A stretch of DNA of 64,000 bases. Source: Dehalococcoidia bacterium. GTDB taxonomy: Bacteria > Chloroflexota > Dehalococcoidia > Lucifugimonadales > UBA3495. This document shows, in pieces, positions 22,050 to 30,877 of this stretch. Each line of letters begins with the position of its first letter. Within the stretch, counting starts at the first letter, position 1. The notes below the pieces were generated by a model. That model saw only the letters and a list, made by a program, of their open reading frames with translations. It had not been told where the DNA came from and searched no databases. Made by a program: the position numbers and the translations under genes. The DNA lies in NCBI GenBank assembly GCA_965204865.1, contig OZ242027.1, positions 1,731,353 through 1,795,352 on the forward strand, written 5' to 3'.

Positions 22050-23201
22050 ATGAGCGACATCTACCTAGACTACAACGCCACCACCCCTATTGACCCGCAG
22101 GTCGCTGAGGCGATGCTGCCCTACATTCACGGGCTTTTCGGCAACCCCTCCAGCGGCCACTCCTTCGGTCTGGCGGCACGGCAGGGCGTTGACCGTGCCC
22201 GCCAACAGGTTGCCAGTCTGCTGGGTTGCGGCGAAGATGACCTGATATTCACCAGCGGCGGCACCGAGGCCAATAATCACGCCATCAAGGGAGTGGCCGG
22301 GGCCTATCGGGAAAAAGGCAACCACATCATCACATCGGCGGTGGAGCACCCGGCGGTTACCGAGGTCTGCCGCTACTTGGAAGGACGGGGCTTTGGGGTA
22401 ACCTATCTGCCGGTGGACGAATATGGGTTGGTGCATCCTCAGCAGGTCGAGGATGCCATCTCTTCCGAAACCCTGCTAGTCACCATAATGCACGCCAACA
22501 ATGAGGTCGGGACGATACAACCCATCGCCGAGATAGCCGAGATAGTCCACCGCCACGGGGCATTGATGCACAGCGATTGCGCCCAGTCAGTCGGCAAAAT
22601 CCCCGTGCGGGTGGATGACCTGGGCGTTGACATGCTCTCCGTGGCCGGACACAAGCTGTACGCTCCCAAGGGCATCGGCGCGCTCTACATCCGTCCCGGT
22701 GTCCGGCTGGAAAAGCTGATGCACGGCGCCAACCACGAGCAGGACCGCCGCGCCGGTACGGAGAACGTCATCGAAATGGCGGGCTTGGGCATGGCCTGCG
22801 AGTTGATTCAGCGAAATCTCAATCAGTACGCAAGGCACATGGCGGAGATGCGCGACCGGCTGGAGCAGGGCCTGCTGAGTTCTGGTATGGACGCACGGGT
22901 GAACGGCCACCCGGAAAGGCGACTGCCCAACACCACCAGCATTAGTTTCCGGGGATTGGAGGCCGACCGGGTGCTGGCGAACCTGCCCACCGTGGCCGCC
23001 TCCGCCGGGGCAGCTTGCCACAGCGATCAGGTCGAGGTGTCCCACGTGCTGGCGGCGATGAATGTTCCCGAGGAATACGCCATGGGGACGCTTCGCCTCA
23101 CCGTGGGCCGCTTCACCACGGAAGGGGAAATTGACCGGGCAATTGCCGAGATACGGGAGGTTGTGGACACCTTGGCCCCTGCCCCCTCGGCGGCGGACTG
23201 A
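22050..23201 (+). CDS. Cysteine desulfurase (NifS/IscS class-V aminotransferase family)
   Basis: IYLDYNATTP, FTSGGTEANNHAIKG, SVAGHKLYAPKGIGALY (PLP Lys), active-site loop SAGAACHS. ATG 22050 preferred over the ORF-track 22020. Confidence 0.88.
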   Translation: MSDIYLDYNATTPIDPQVAEAMLPYIHGLFGNPSSGHSFGLAARQGVDRARQQVASLLGCGEDDLIFTSGGTEANNHAIKGVAGAYREKGNHIITSAVEHPAVTEVCRYLEGRGFGVTYLPVDEYGLVHPQQVEDAISSETLLVTIMHANNEVGTIQPIAEIAEIVHRHGALMHSDCAQSVGKIPVRVDDLGVDMLSVAGHKLYAPKGIGALYIRPGVRLEKLMHGANHEQDRRAGTENVIEMAGLGMACELIQRNLNQYARHMAEMRDRLEQGLLSSGMDARVNGHPERRLPNTTSISFRGLEADRVLANLPTVAASAGAACHSDQVEVSHVLAAMNVPEEYAMGTLRLTVGRFTTEGEIDRAIAEIREVVDTLAPAPSAAD

Positions 23202-23339
23202 AATGGAATTGCCTGAACTGTGATTTATATGATTTTGAGATTTTCAGGATGGATGTCCTGAATCCTGTCTATCTGTTAATCACATGAATCACAGTTCAGA
23301 CAATCACAGCACAAGAACCAAGATAAGGATGGCAGAGAT

Positions 23340-24689
23340 ATGACCACACAGACCAACCCCGGCGCCCTGGACTCCGCAACTCTCGCCGACTTCCAGCAAG
23401 CCTTCGAGTCGCACCCTTCCCACCAACTGATGCAGAACGTGGTCACCCAGCATGACGTGAACGACGTTGCCCTCAACCGCAATCTCGTCGCAGAGGCGGT
23501 CCACTCCTTTTCCACCGTCTTGGACGATTGGAGCGTAACGAACCAGGCCCGCTCGGGCCGCTGCTGGATGTTCGCCGGCCTGAACCTGTTCCGGTCGGAG
23601 ACGAAGAACCTGCTCAGCGTCAAGGAGTTCGAGTTCAGCCAGAGCTACGTGATGTTCTGGGACAAGATGGAACGGGCCAATTACATCCTGGAAGCCGTCA
23701 TCGAGACCGCCGACCGCCCCGTTGACGACCGGGTGGTTGCCTGGCTGCTGCACCAGCCCTTGGGCGACGGCGGCCAATGGGATATGTTCGTCAGCCTGGT
23801 CCGGAAGCACGGCGTCGTTCCCAAGGCCGTAATGCCCGAGACGGAAAGCTCCGGCAACTCGATGCGAATGAACGCCGGGCTCAACTACCAGGTGCGCCAG
23901 GGAGCCCGCAACATCCGGCGCATCTACGCTGAAGAGGGCGGGCTGGACGAGATGCGGGAAGCCAAGCAGGAAGCTCTGCGGGCTATCTACCAGGTCCTCT
24001 GCATCCACTTGGGCAACCCGCCGACCAGCTTCAACTGGCAATGGAAGGACAAGGACGGCGGGTTCCACCGCGACGGCGCCATGACTCCGCTGGAGTTCGC
24101 CGAAAAGTATATCGCCACGCCGATGGAGGAATACGTCTGCCTGGTCCATGACCCGCGCCGGGCCAACCCGCCGGGCCGCACCTACACCGTACAGTACCTC
24201 GGCAACGTGGTGGACGGAACCCGCATCAAGTACCTCAACGTGGACATCGAACTGATGAAGGACATCGCCATGCGGATGCTCCAGGATGGCAAGCCCGTCT
24301 GGATGGGTTGCGACACTGGCAAGCAGATGCACCGCGACAAGGGCCTGTGGGACGCCGAACTGTTCGACTACGCCAGCGTCTACAACGCTGAGTTCTCGAT
24401 GAACAAGGAGGAAAGGCTGGAGTACCACCAGACGGCCATGACCCACGCCATGCTGTTCACCGGCGTGGACGTGGTGGAGGGTCAGCCGCGCCGCTGGCGG
24501 GTGGAGAACAGTTGGGACGATAAGGTGGGCGACAAGGGGTTCTTCCTGATGAACGATTCCTGGTTCGCCGAGTATATGTTCGAGATAGCCGCTCCGAAGA
24601 GCTACCTCCCGGAGGACTTGCAGCAGGCCCTTGACCTCGAGCCAGTGGTGCTGCCGCCGTGGGACCCGATGGGGTCTCTGGCTGCCTGA
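23340..24689 (+). CDS. pepC: Aminopeptidase C / bleomycin hydrolase (peptidase C1B)
   Basis: QARSGRCWMFAGLN (catalytic Cys), HAMLFTGVD (His), VENSWDDKVGDKGFF. Confidence 0.88.
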   Translation: MTTQTNPGALDSATLADFQQAFESHPSHQLMQNVVTQHDVNDVALNRNLVAEAVHSFSTVLDDWSVTNQARSGRCWMFAGLNLFRSETKNLLSVKEFEFSQSYVMFWDKMERANYILEAVIETADRPVDDRVVAWLLHQPLGDGGQWDMFVSLVRKHGVVPKAVMPETESSGNSMRMNAGLNYQVRQGARNIRRIYAEEGGLDEMREAKQEALRAIYQVLCIHLGNPPTSFNWQWKDKDGGFHRDGAMTPLEFAEKYIATPMEEYVCLVHDPRRANPPGRTYTVQYLGNVVDGTRIKYLNVDIELMKDIAMRMLQDGKPVWMGCDTGKQMHRDKGLWDAELFDYASVYNAEFSMNKEERLEYHQTAMTHAMLFTGVDVVEGQPRRWRVENSWDDKVGDKGFFLMNDSWFAEYMFEIAAPKSYLPEDLQQALDLEPVVLPPWDPMGSLAA

Positions 24690-24692
24690 GGT

Positions 24693-25625
24693 TCAGGTTC
24701 TGTATCCCTCGGGAGCGTCCGCTCGCAGTTTTGCGATTCCTTCCGCCAGCCCAGGATGAGTGATGCCCAACGACTTCATCGTCGCGGCGCAGTCCAGACC
24801 GAGCAGGTCGCCGTTCCCTGGCTGCGCCTTATCCCGTGGGGAACCAGTCTCTGCTGGGGCGCTCGCAAGGGAAGGAACTGGGATTACCAGTTCCTCATCC
24901 AGGTTGAAAGCCCGGGCCACTGCAATGGCGAAGTCGTACATACTTACCCAATCGCGACCTGCCACATGGTGGATTCCCTGAAAGTCCCCCTCCACCACTC
25001 TCGCAATGCCGTCGGTCAGGTCTTCGACATAGATCGGTGTGCGATAGACGCCGGTAGGGCCGTGGTATGGCTGGCCGCTCCGCAGTCGTTGGATTAGCCA
25101 AGGAGCGAAGTTACGCTTTCCCGGAGCCGGCCAGCCATACACGATACTGGTGCGGAGAATGCTCCAGTGGGAAGCCAGGTGCATAACTGCCCGTTCCGCT
25201 TCCCACTTGGTTTGCCCGTAGTGGGTGGTGGGGCTGGGCGTACCGTCTTCGCGGTAATAACCGCGCTTGCCGTCGAATACGTACTCCGTGGACATGAACA
25301 CTAGCTTGGCCCCGTGCTGTTCACACAACCGCGCAATGGTTGACGTTCCCTCCACGTTGATCGCTGTGGCCCTCTCCGGCTCCCTTTCAGCCTTGCCCAC
25401 GTCAGCCATCGCCGCAAGGTGTAACACAACCTCGGGCCGGGCTGCCGCGAAAGCCTCCTCCAGAGCGATCCTGTCGGTCAGTTCGGCCCGAATCCATGCG
25501 ACTGCGTCGCCAGTGGGCGGCCCAGACCAATAGGCGCCATAAACCTCATGAGCAGCAGTCTCCGTTAGGCGTCGAGACACATATTGCCCGATGAACCCAC
25601 TGGCCCCGATAATCAAGATTCGCAT
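24693..25625 (-). CDS. Extended-SDR sugar reductase/epimerase (RmlD/dTDP-4-dehydrorhamnose reductase-like)
   Basis: MRILIIGASGFIGQYV Rossmann motif, YGQTKWEAE (YxxxK). Substrate not assignable. Confidence 0.7.
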   Translation of the reverse strand: MRILIIGASGFIGQYVSRRLTETAAHEVYGAYWSGPPTGDAVAWIRAELTDRIALEEAFAAARPEVVLHLAAMADVGKAEREPERATAINVEGTSTIARLCEQHGAKLVFMSTEYVFDGKRGYYREDGTPSPTTHYGQTKWEAERAVMHLASHWSILRTSIVYGWPAPGKRNFAPWLIQRLRSGQPYHGPTGVYRTPIYVEDLTDGIARVVEGDFQGIHHVAGRDWVSMYDFAIAVARAFNLDEELVIPVPSLASAPAETGSPRDKAQPGNGDLLGLDCAATMKSLGITHPGLAEGIAKLRADAPEGYRT

Positions 25626-25694
25626 CTAACGCCTTCAGTTATCAGATTCGTCTGAAACCTCCTCATGGCTTCCAGCCAGTACCTCTCAGATTCG

Positions 25695-26684
25695 CTACCG
25701 CGATGGGAACCGGGCCGCCAGAATGTCCTGCATCAGCCGGGCCGCCACCTGAACCGTCAGCTCCGAGTTGTCGTAGGGCGGCGCAACCTCCACTATGTCG
25801 AAGGCGACGAGGTTGGACTTCGCCAGCAGCGCCAGCAGGCACTCACGGGTTTCCTGGTAGAACAGCCCGCCGGTTTCCGGGGTGCCGGTGCCGGGGGCTT
25901 GGCTGGGGTCGAGAACGTCCACGTCGAAGGTGATGTACAGGTTCTCGGCGGCGGGAATCATATCCGCCACTGCCTTCGGGCCAAGTTCCCGGAAGCGGCT
26001 GCCGCTGATAATCAGGCTGCCGTCCCGCATCGCTTCCTCGTAGGGTATGCGTCTCGCCGACCGGATGCCCACGGACGTTATATGCCCCACGAAGTCCAGC
26101 TCCCGGCAGCGACGGATGGGGCTGGCGTGGGTGTAGAGGACGTCCTGCACATCGTGGGTGTAATCGAGATGGGCGTCGAAGTGGACGATGTTCAGGGGCG
26201 CGAACTTGGACAGGCCGCGCACCACCGGAAAGGTTATCGCATGATCGCCGCCCACCACCGCCGGAAGAGCGCCCCGCTCCACGGCCTGCTCCACCGCCCG
26301 CGTGATGCGGTCGAAGTTGCCCACCACTTCCGACGGCACGATGGGGACATTGCCGCAGTCGGCCATAATCACGCCGCGCAGCAGTTCGTCTTCGGCGTCG
26401 ATGTCGAAGAAGCCCTCGGCAACGCTTTGTCGGCCATAGGGGTCTGAATATGAATAGGCGCGGGGCGCGTCTCTCAGGGCGTCCGGGCCGAAGCGCGCCC
26501 CCGGCCTTCCCAGCGTGCCTTGGTCGAAAGGCACGCCGATGAAGGCGACGTCGGCTTCCAGGCTTTCGATGTCTTCACACAGGGGGGCGTTGAAGAAGGT
26601 TCTTGGTCGCGCCCGTAGAGCGGGCCACGGCTCTTGCGGCTGGCCCGATGGCGCTGGGGTGGCGGTCATGGGTATCCTCCACAA
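25695..26684 (-). CDS. Ureohydrolase family enzyme (agmatinase/guanidino-acid hydrolase-like)
   Basis: Mn-site motifs VVGGDHAITFP, IVHFDAHLDY, ITFDVDVLDPSQAPGTGTPE. Confidence 0.85.
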   Translation of the reverse strand: MWRIPMTATPAPSGQPQEPWPALRARPRTFFNAPLCEDIESLEADVAFIGVPFDQGTLGRPGARFGPDALRDAPRAYSYSDPYGRQSVAEGFFDIDAEDELLRGVIMADCGNVPIVPSEVVGNFDRITRAVEQAVERGALPAVVGGDHAITFPVVRGLSKFAPLNIVHFDAHLDYTHDVQDVLYTHASPIRRCRELDFVGHITSVGIRSARRIPYEEAMRDGSLIISGSRFRELGPKAVADMIPAAENLYITFDVDVLDPSQAPGTGTPETGGLFYQETRECLLALLAKSNLVAFDIVEVAPPYDNSELTVQVAARLMQDILAARFPSR

Positions 26685-26723
26685 GGGTATCGGTCACATG
26701 GGTATCTCTGGGCTTCCGTAGAG

Positions 26724-27497
26724 CTACTGCGCGGTGGTGCCTCCATCAATCACCAACTCTGCGCCGGTGACGAAGGACGATTCGTCGGAAGCCAGGTAGA
26801 CGATGCCATGGGCAATGTCGTCAGCGTTGCCCAGCCGCCCCAGCGGGATGCGCTCCAAGGACCACTCGCGCCGCCCTTCCTCGCCGGAGTAGCCGGGGTC
26901 GGTCAGCGGTGTCCAGCAGTAGCCGGGATGCACCGAGTTCACCCGTATGTTTTCCCCGGCATACTGAACTGCGGCGGATTTGGTGAACAGGCGGCTGGCG
27001 CCCTTGGCGGCATGGTAAGCGGTGGAGGTAGGGCTGCCCACCAGCCCGTATATGGACGATACGTTGATGATGGAGCCGCCGCCCGCCTTCCGCATTTCCG
27101 GGATGGCGTGCTTGGTGCCGAGGAAGACCCCCTTGGCGTGGACGTCCATCTGCCCCTGCCAGTCTCCTACGGACGTTTCTTCCACTGTCAGCCGGGCGCC
27201 GGTGCCGGCGTTGTTGACCAGCACGTTCAGCTTGCCGTAACGGCTCACGGTCTCGGCGATGACTTCCAGCCAGCGTTGCTCGTCGGTGACGTCGTGTTCC
27301 AGGAAAATCACGTCGCCGCCGTTCTCCCGGATCTGGGCGGCGGTGGCCTCTCCCATTTCCACTTTGATGTCGGTCAGGACTACCTTCGCGCCCTCGCGGG
27401 CGAACATCCGGGCCGCCGAGCCGCCGAATCCCATCAACTGACCTTCGACCCCAGCCGCCGCGCCGGTAATGATGGCAACCTTGTTCTCCAGACGCAT
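26724..27497 (-). CDS. Classical SDR family oxidoreductase
   Basis: KVAIITGAAAG, LVNNAGTG, SSIYG...YHAAKGA (S-Y-K triad). Confidence 0.85.
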   Translation of the reverse strand: MRLENKVAIITGAAAGVEGQLMGFGGSAARMFAREGAKVVLTDIKVEMGEATAAQIRENGGDVIFLEHDVTDEQRWLEVIAETVSRYGKLNVLVNNAGTGARLTVEETSVGDWQGQMDVHAKGVFLGTKHAIPEMRKAGGGSIINVSSIYGLVGSPTSTAYHAAKGASRLFTKSAAVQYAGENIRVNSVHPGYCWTPLTDPGYSGEEGRREWSLERIPLGRLGNADDIAHGIVYLASDESSFVTGAELVIDGGTTAQ

Positions 27498-27535
27498 AAT
27501 CGAACCCCTATCGAATTTGGAATGTTCCGTCCTTC

Positions 27536-27563
27536 GCCATTCCCGCGAAGGCGGGAGTCCAGG
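27536..27563 (+). repeat. REP-like hairpin repeat, family B copy
   Basis: CCATTCCCGCGAAGGCGGGAGTCCAGG: palindrome CCCGC-GAAG-GCGGG in the 73-bp spacer between two same-strand genes. Matches the copies at 45883 and 45951. Confidence 0.7.
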
Positions 27564-27570
27564 GTTGTGC

Positions 27571-28086
27571 TTAAGCCCCGTAGCTCTGCCCGAATCTCTC
27601 GCTGTGGGCGATTTCCGGCAGCGTCTTGCGCAGCTTGGTTCCGGCGGCGGCCTCGTCGGTGGGATAGCCGAAGGCCACTACCGTCACCAGTTCCTTGTCT
27701 TCGGGAATGCCCAGCAGTTCCTTCACCCGTCCGTTCTCATCGCCCCGCACGCCTGCCACGCAGCCCCCGACCCCCTCGGCCCAGGCTGCCAGCTCCATGT
27801 GCTGGAGGGAGCGCCCGGCGTCGAACTCGGGCCGTCCGCCGCGGTCCATGACCACTGCTACGGCCATCGGAGCGCCGCTGATAAATCCGCCGGAGGATGC
27901 GATACTCCCGATTTCTTGGAGCGTGTCCCGGTTGCGGATGACTATGAAGTGCCACGGCTGGCGGTTGCGGGCGCTGGGAGACCAGCGGGCTGCCTGCAAC
28001 ATACGCCGCACCACGCCCTCCGGCACAGGGTCGGGCTTGAAACTCCGCACCGTCAGCCGCGACCTGATGCACTGGTAAACATCCAT
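27571..28086 (-). CDS. Nitroreductase family protein
   Basis: IRSRLTVRSFKPDPVPEGVVRRML, SARNRQPWHFIVIRN. Confidence 0.85.
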   Translation of the reverse strand: MDVYQCIRSRLTVRSFKPDPVPEGVVRRMLQAARWSPSARNRQPWHFIVIRNRDTLQEIGSIASSGGFISGAPMAVAVVMDRGGRPEFDAGRSLQHMELAAWAEGVGGCVAGVRGDENGRVKELLGIPEDKELVTVVAFGYPTDEAAAGTKLRKTLPEIAHSERFGQSYGA

Positions 28087-28232
28087 CCGTGTGCCTCCTG
28101 TTCTGCGAGATGAATCGCTGTGAAGATTATAGCCAGTATAGAGGATGCACCGGCAACAGCCGGGTGGCGGTGTCCAGTATACTTGCGCCAGCGGCTATAA
28201 TCGCCCTGTAACCGAGCGACGGGAGGTTTCTG

Positions 28233-28751
28233 ATGCCGAGAGTGGCCTTGGACTTGAATAACGCATCCGACCGGGCCCAGGTGAAGGGACAGTGGCGGGT
28301 TGCGCCTGGGTTGGTACCCGGCGAGCCCAACGAGGGGCTGACGGCCCAACTATTGGCCACCCCGGCCCGGTTGGCCGAATACGACGATTCGGGCTGGGAT
28401 GTGTGCGACAACATCCGGCAGAGCCTGTCGGTGGGGTTCACATTCGCTTGGTATCGCATTGCCGTAGAATTGCCGGAAACGGTCAGCGGGATGCCGGTGG
28501 CCGGGGCTCGTCTGTGGTTCGAGACCAACGCCGACAATTACGGCGAGGTGTGGGTCAACGGTAGTATAGACCGGAACACCGGAAGCATACCGGGCCTCAA
28601 TGCTCCGCAGCGCGTTGAGCTGGCCACCGCCGCCGAGCCGGGAGCTACCTACGTCATCGCCGTCCTCTGCGCCAACGGCCCGCTGGCTGAACCACGCGGC
28701 GGCATCTTCCTCCGCTATGCTTACCTGTCCTTTGAAGTCACCGACAACTAG
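28233..28751 (+). CDS. Hypothetical protein with galactose-binding-domain-like (GH2 N-terminal jelly-roll-like) features
   Basis: 172 aa. GWDVC...FAWYRIAVELPETV...LWFETNADNYGEVWVNGS resembles the sugar-binding jelly-roll pattern. Weak assignment. Confidence 0.5.
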   Translation: MPRVALDLNNASDRAQVKGQWRVAPGLVPGEPNEGLTAQLLATPARLAEYDDSGWDVCDNIRQSLSVGFTFAWYRIAVELPETVSGMPVAGARLWFETNADNYGEVWVNGSIDRNTGSIPGLNAPQRVELATAAEPGATYVIAVLCANGPLAEPRGGIFLRYAYLSFEVTDN

Positions 28752-28765
28752 GTAATACGAGCTAT

Positions 28766-28803
28766 ATTCCCTCTCCCTCTGGGAGAGGGTTAGGGTGAGG
28801 GCG
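28766..28803 (-). repeat. REP-like hairpin repeat, family A copy (reverse orientation)
   Basis: ATTCCCTCTCCCTCTGGGAGAGGGTTAGGGTGAGGGCG, with hairpin CCCTCTCCC/GGGAGAGGG. Confidence 0.8.
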
Positions 28804-28826
28804 CACTCGCCCATTAAGGAGACGAT

Positions 28827-29504
28827 ATGGCACAGAAGAAAGGCACGGCCCTGCTAATGGTATACACCGACGTGGACATTGAGCACGATGCCGAGTTCAA
28901 CCGCTGGTACAACGAAGAGCATATCCCGGAGCGTCTGAGCGCTCCCGGTTTCTTGGACGGCGCCCGCTACGAAGCCCTGAAAGGCGGCCCGCGCTACCTG
29001 GCGGTCTACGAGTTGGAGTCGGCGGAGGCGTTGCAGTCCGAGGAATACCTGCGGATGAGCAACAACCCCACGCCGTGGACGCAACGGATGTCTCCCAACG
29101 TCGTCGGGCGCGGCATGGTGCGCAACGTCTACACGCAAATCTACCCCGAAGGCGGCGACGACCCGGATACACTGGGCCGGGGCATGGCTCCCGCGTTACA
29201 AATCGGACGCATGGACGTTCCTGTGGAGCTGGAGGCGAAGTACAACGAATACTATGACAGGATGCGGACGCCCGGGAATCTGCAAATTCCCGGCTGTCTC
29301 CATGTCCGCCGCTATCAGGCGGTGGAAGGTTGGCCCAAGTACCTGACTATGTACGAGTTCGAGCACGAAAAGGTGCCGGAAACCCTGGCATGGGAGAAGC
29401 AGCGCGGCCAGGACACGATGAATCAGTACATAGGCGGAACCTATGGACACGCCCCTGGCTCTCCGGGTGTCTACCGCCGCGTGTTCCCGCCCCGGGCGTT
29501 CTAG
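28827..29504 (+). CDS. Hypothetical protein, tandem dimeric alpha/beta-barrel (EthD-like) architecture suspected
   Basis: 225 aa with two similar halves (LLMVYTDVDIEHDAEFNRWYNEEHIPERL..YLAVYELES and LQIGRMDVPVELEAKYNEYYDRMRTP..YLTMYEFEH). Function not assignable. Confidence 0.55.
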   Translation: MAQKKGTALLMVYTDVDIEHDAEFNRWYNEEHIPERLSAPGFLDGARYEALKGGPRYLAVYELESAEALQSEEYLRMSNNPTPWTQRMSPNVVGRGMVRNVYTQIYPEGGDDPDTLGRGMAPALQIGRMDVPVELEAKYNEYYDRMRTPGNLQIPGCLHVRRYQAVEGWPKYLTMYEFEHEKVPETLAWEKQRGQDTMNQYIGGTYGHAPGSPGVYRRVFPPRAF

Positions 29505-29511
29505 CCTGGTT

Positions 29512-29550
29512 CGCCCTCACCCTAACCCTCTCCCGGAGGGAGAGGGAATT
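29512..29550 (+). repeat. REP-like hairpin repeat, family A copy
   Basis: CGCCCTCACCCTAACCCTCTCCCGGAGGGAGAGGGAATT, a near-identical inverse of the 28766-28803 copy. Confidence 0.8.
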
Positions 29551-29571
29551 TCATAGGCATGGAGGCAACAG

Positions 29572-30783
29572 ATGTTTCTGATGCGGTTCACTGAACGCGC
29601 CTACGTGGACTACACCGAGGAGGACGTACGCAACAGCCCCAACAGCGCCGTGCGCCTCACCTTCTCCAACAGCAATTTCGACCCGCAGCGCGGCTCGGAG
29701 CTGTACAACATGTACCTCGACGAGTACGAATACTCGGAAGAGGTGGGATTCGACGGCCTGATGCTCAACGAGCACCACAACACGCCCACCTGCCTCGGCG
29801 CCACCATGAACCTGGAGGCGGCCATCCTGGCCCGTATCACCAAGAAGCCCAAGATAGTGCTGCTGGGCAATCCGCTGCCCATCTTCGACAACCCCATCCG
29901 TCTGGCCGAGGAACTGGCCGAGATAGATATGATTTCCGGCGGCAGGCTGGTATCGGGCTTCGTGCGCGGAACCGGCGTTGAGAGTCTCGCCACCAACACC
30001 AACCCGCTGTTCAACCGCGAACGGTTCGAGGAAGCCCACGACCTGGTGATGAAGACCTGGACCGAGCCCGGCCCCTGGCGTTGGGAAGGCAAGCACTACC
30101 ACTTCCGGGTGGTCAATCCTTTCCAGGTGCCGATGCAGAAACCCCATCCCCCGGTCTGGATTCCCGGCACCGGCAGCCCCGAGACGCTGGTCTGGTGCGC
30201 GGAGCATCACTACCCATACATTTTCCTGGAAACCGACGTTCAGTCCACGCAGGATATGAAGGAAATCTACGCCGAGAACGCCCGCCAAGTGGGCTACGAA
30301 CCGGGCCCGGAGCATCTGGGCTACCTGGTGCGAATCCACGTACAGGACACCGACGAGAAAGCGAGGGAGATTGGCAAGGGCTACATGACCGGCAACATCG
30401 GCGTGGGCCGTATCCCGCTGCCCCGAGACTACCAGTCGCCGGTGGGCTATGCCAGCGCCAGCCAGGACCCGCGCTACCTCCGCATCCGCGAGCAGATACG
30501 CTCCGACCCCTTCCGCGTCGGCGGACTGGACACCGCGGCCTACGACCAGATTCTCGATTCCAAGCGCTGGATTATCGGCAGCCCGGACACGGTCATCAGG
30601 CAGTTGCGGGAAGTGCTGTCGGTGATGCGCCCCGGCATCCTGTCCATCTGGACCAACGACGGCACCATCAGCCACGAGGACACCATGCGCTGCCTGGAGC
30701 TGATGGGCCAGGAAGTGCTGCCTGCCCTCCGCGAAATCGGCGAGGAACTGGAGCTGACCGACCCGTTCCAGCGCACGCCATAA
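29572..30783 (+). CDS. LLM-class (luciferase-like) flavin-dependent oxidoreductase
   Basis: GFDGLMLNEHHNTP, TIM-barrel-length protein of 403 aa, typical LLM N-terminus. Confidence 0.85.
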   Translation: MFLMRFTERAYVDYTEEDVRNSPNSAVRLTFSNSNFDPQRGSELYNMYLDEYEYSEEVGFDGLMLNEHHNTPTCLGATMNLEAAILARITKKPKIVLLGNPLPIFDNPIRLAEELAEIDMISGGRLVSGFVRGTGVESLATNTNPLFNRERFEEAHDLVMKTWTEPGPWRWEGKHYHFRVVNPFQVPMQKPHPPVWIPGTGSPETLVWCAEHHYPYIFLETDVQSTQDMKEIYAENARQVGYEPGPEHLGYLVRIHVQDTDEKAREIGKGYMTGNIGVGRIPLPRDYQSPVGYASASQDPRYLRIREQIRSDPFRVGGLDTAAYDQILDSKRWIIGSPDTVIRQLREVLSVMRPGILSIWTNDGTISHEDTMRCLELMGQEVLPALREIGEELELTDPFQRTP

Positions 30784-30877
30784 CTAGACATAAACAATCG
30801 CAAATACGGAGAAATACAGGCCGGGGAGCGGCTGTGAGTTCGCTCCCCGGCCTTTTTGAGCCTCAGTACTCTCTTTG

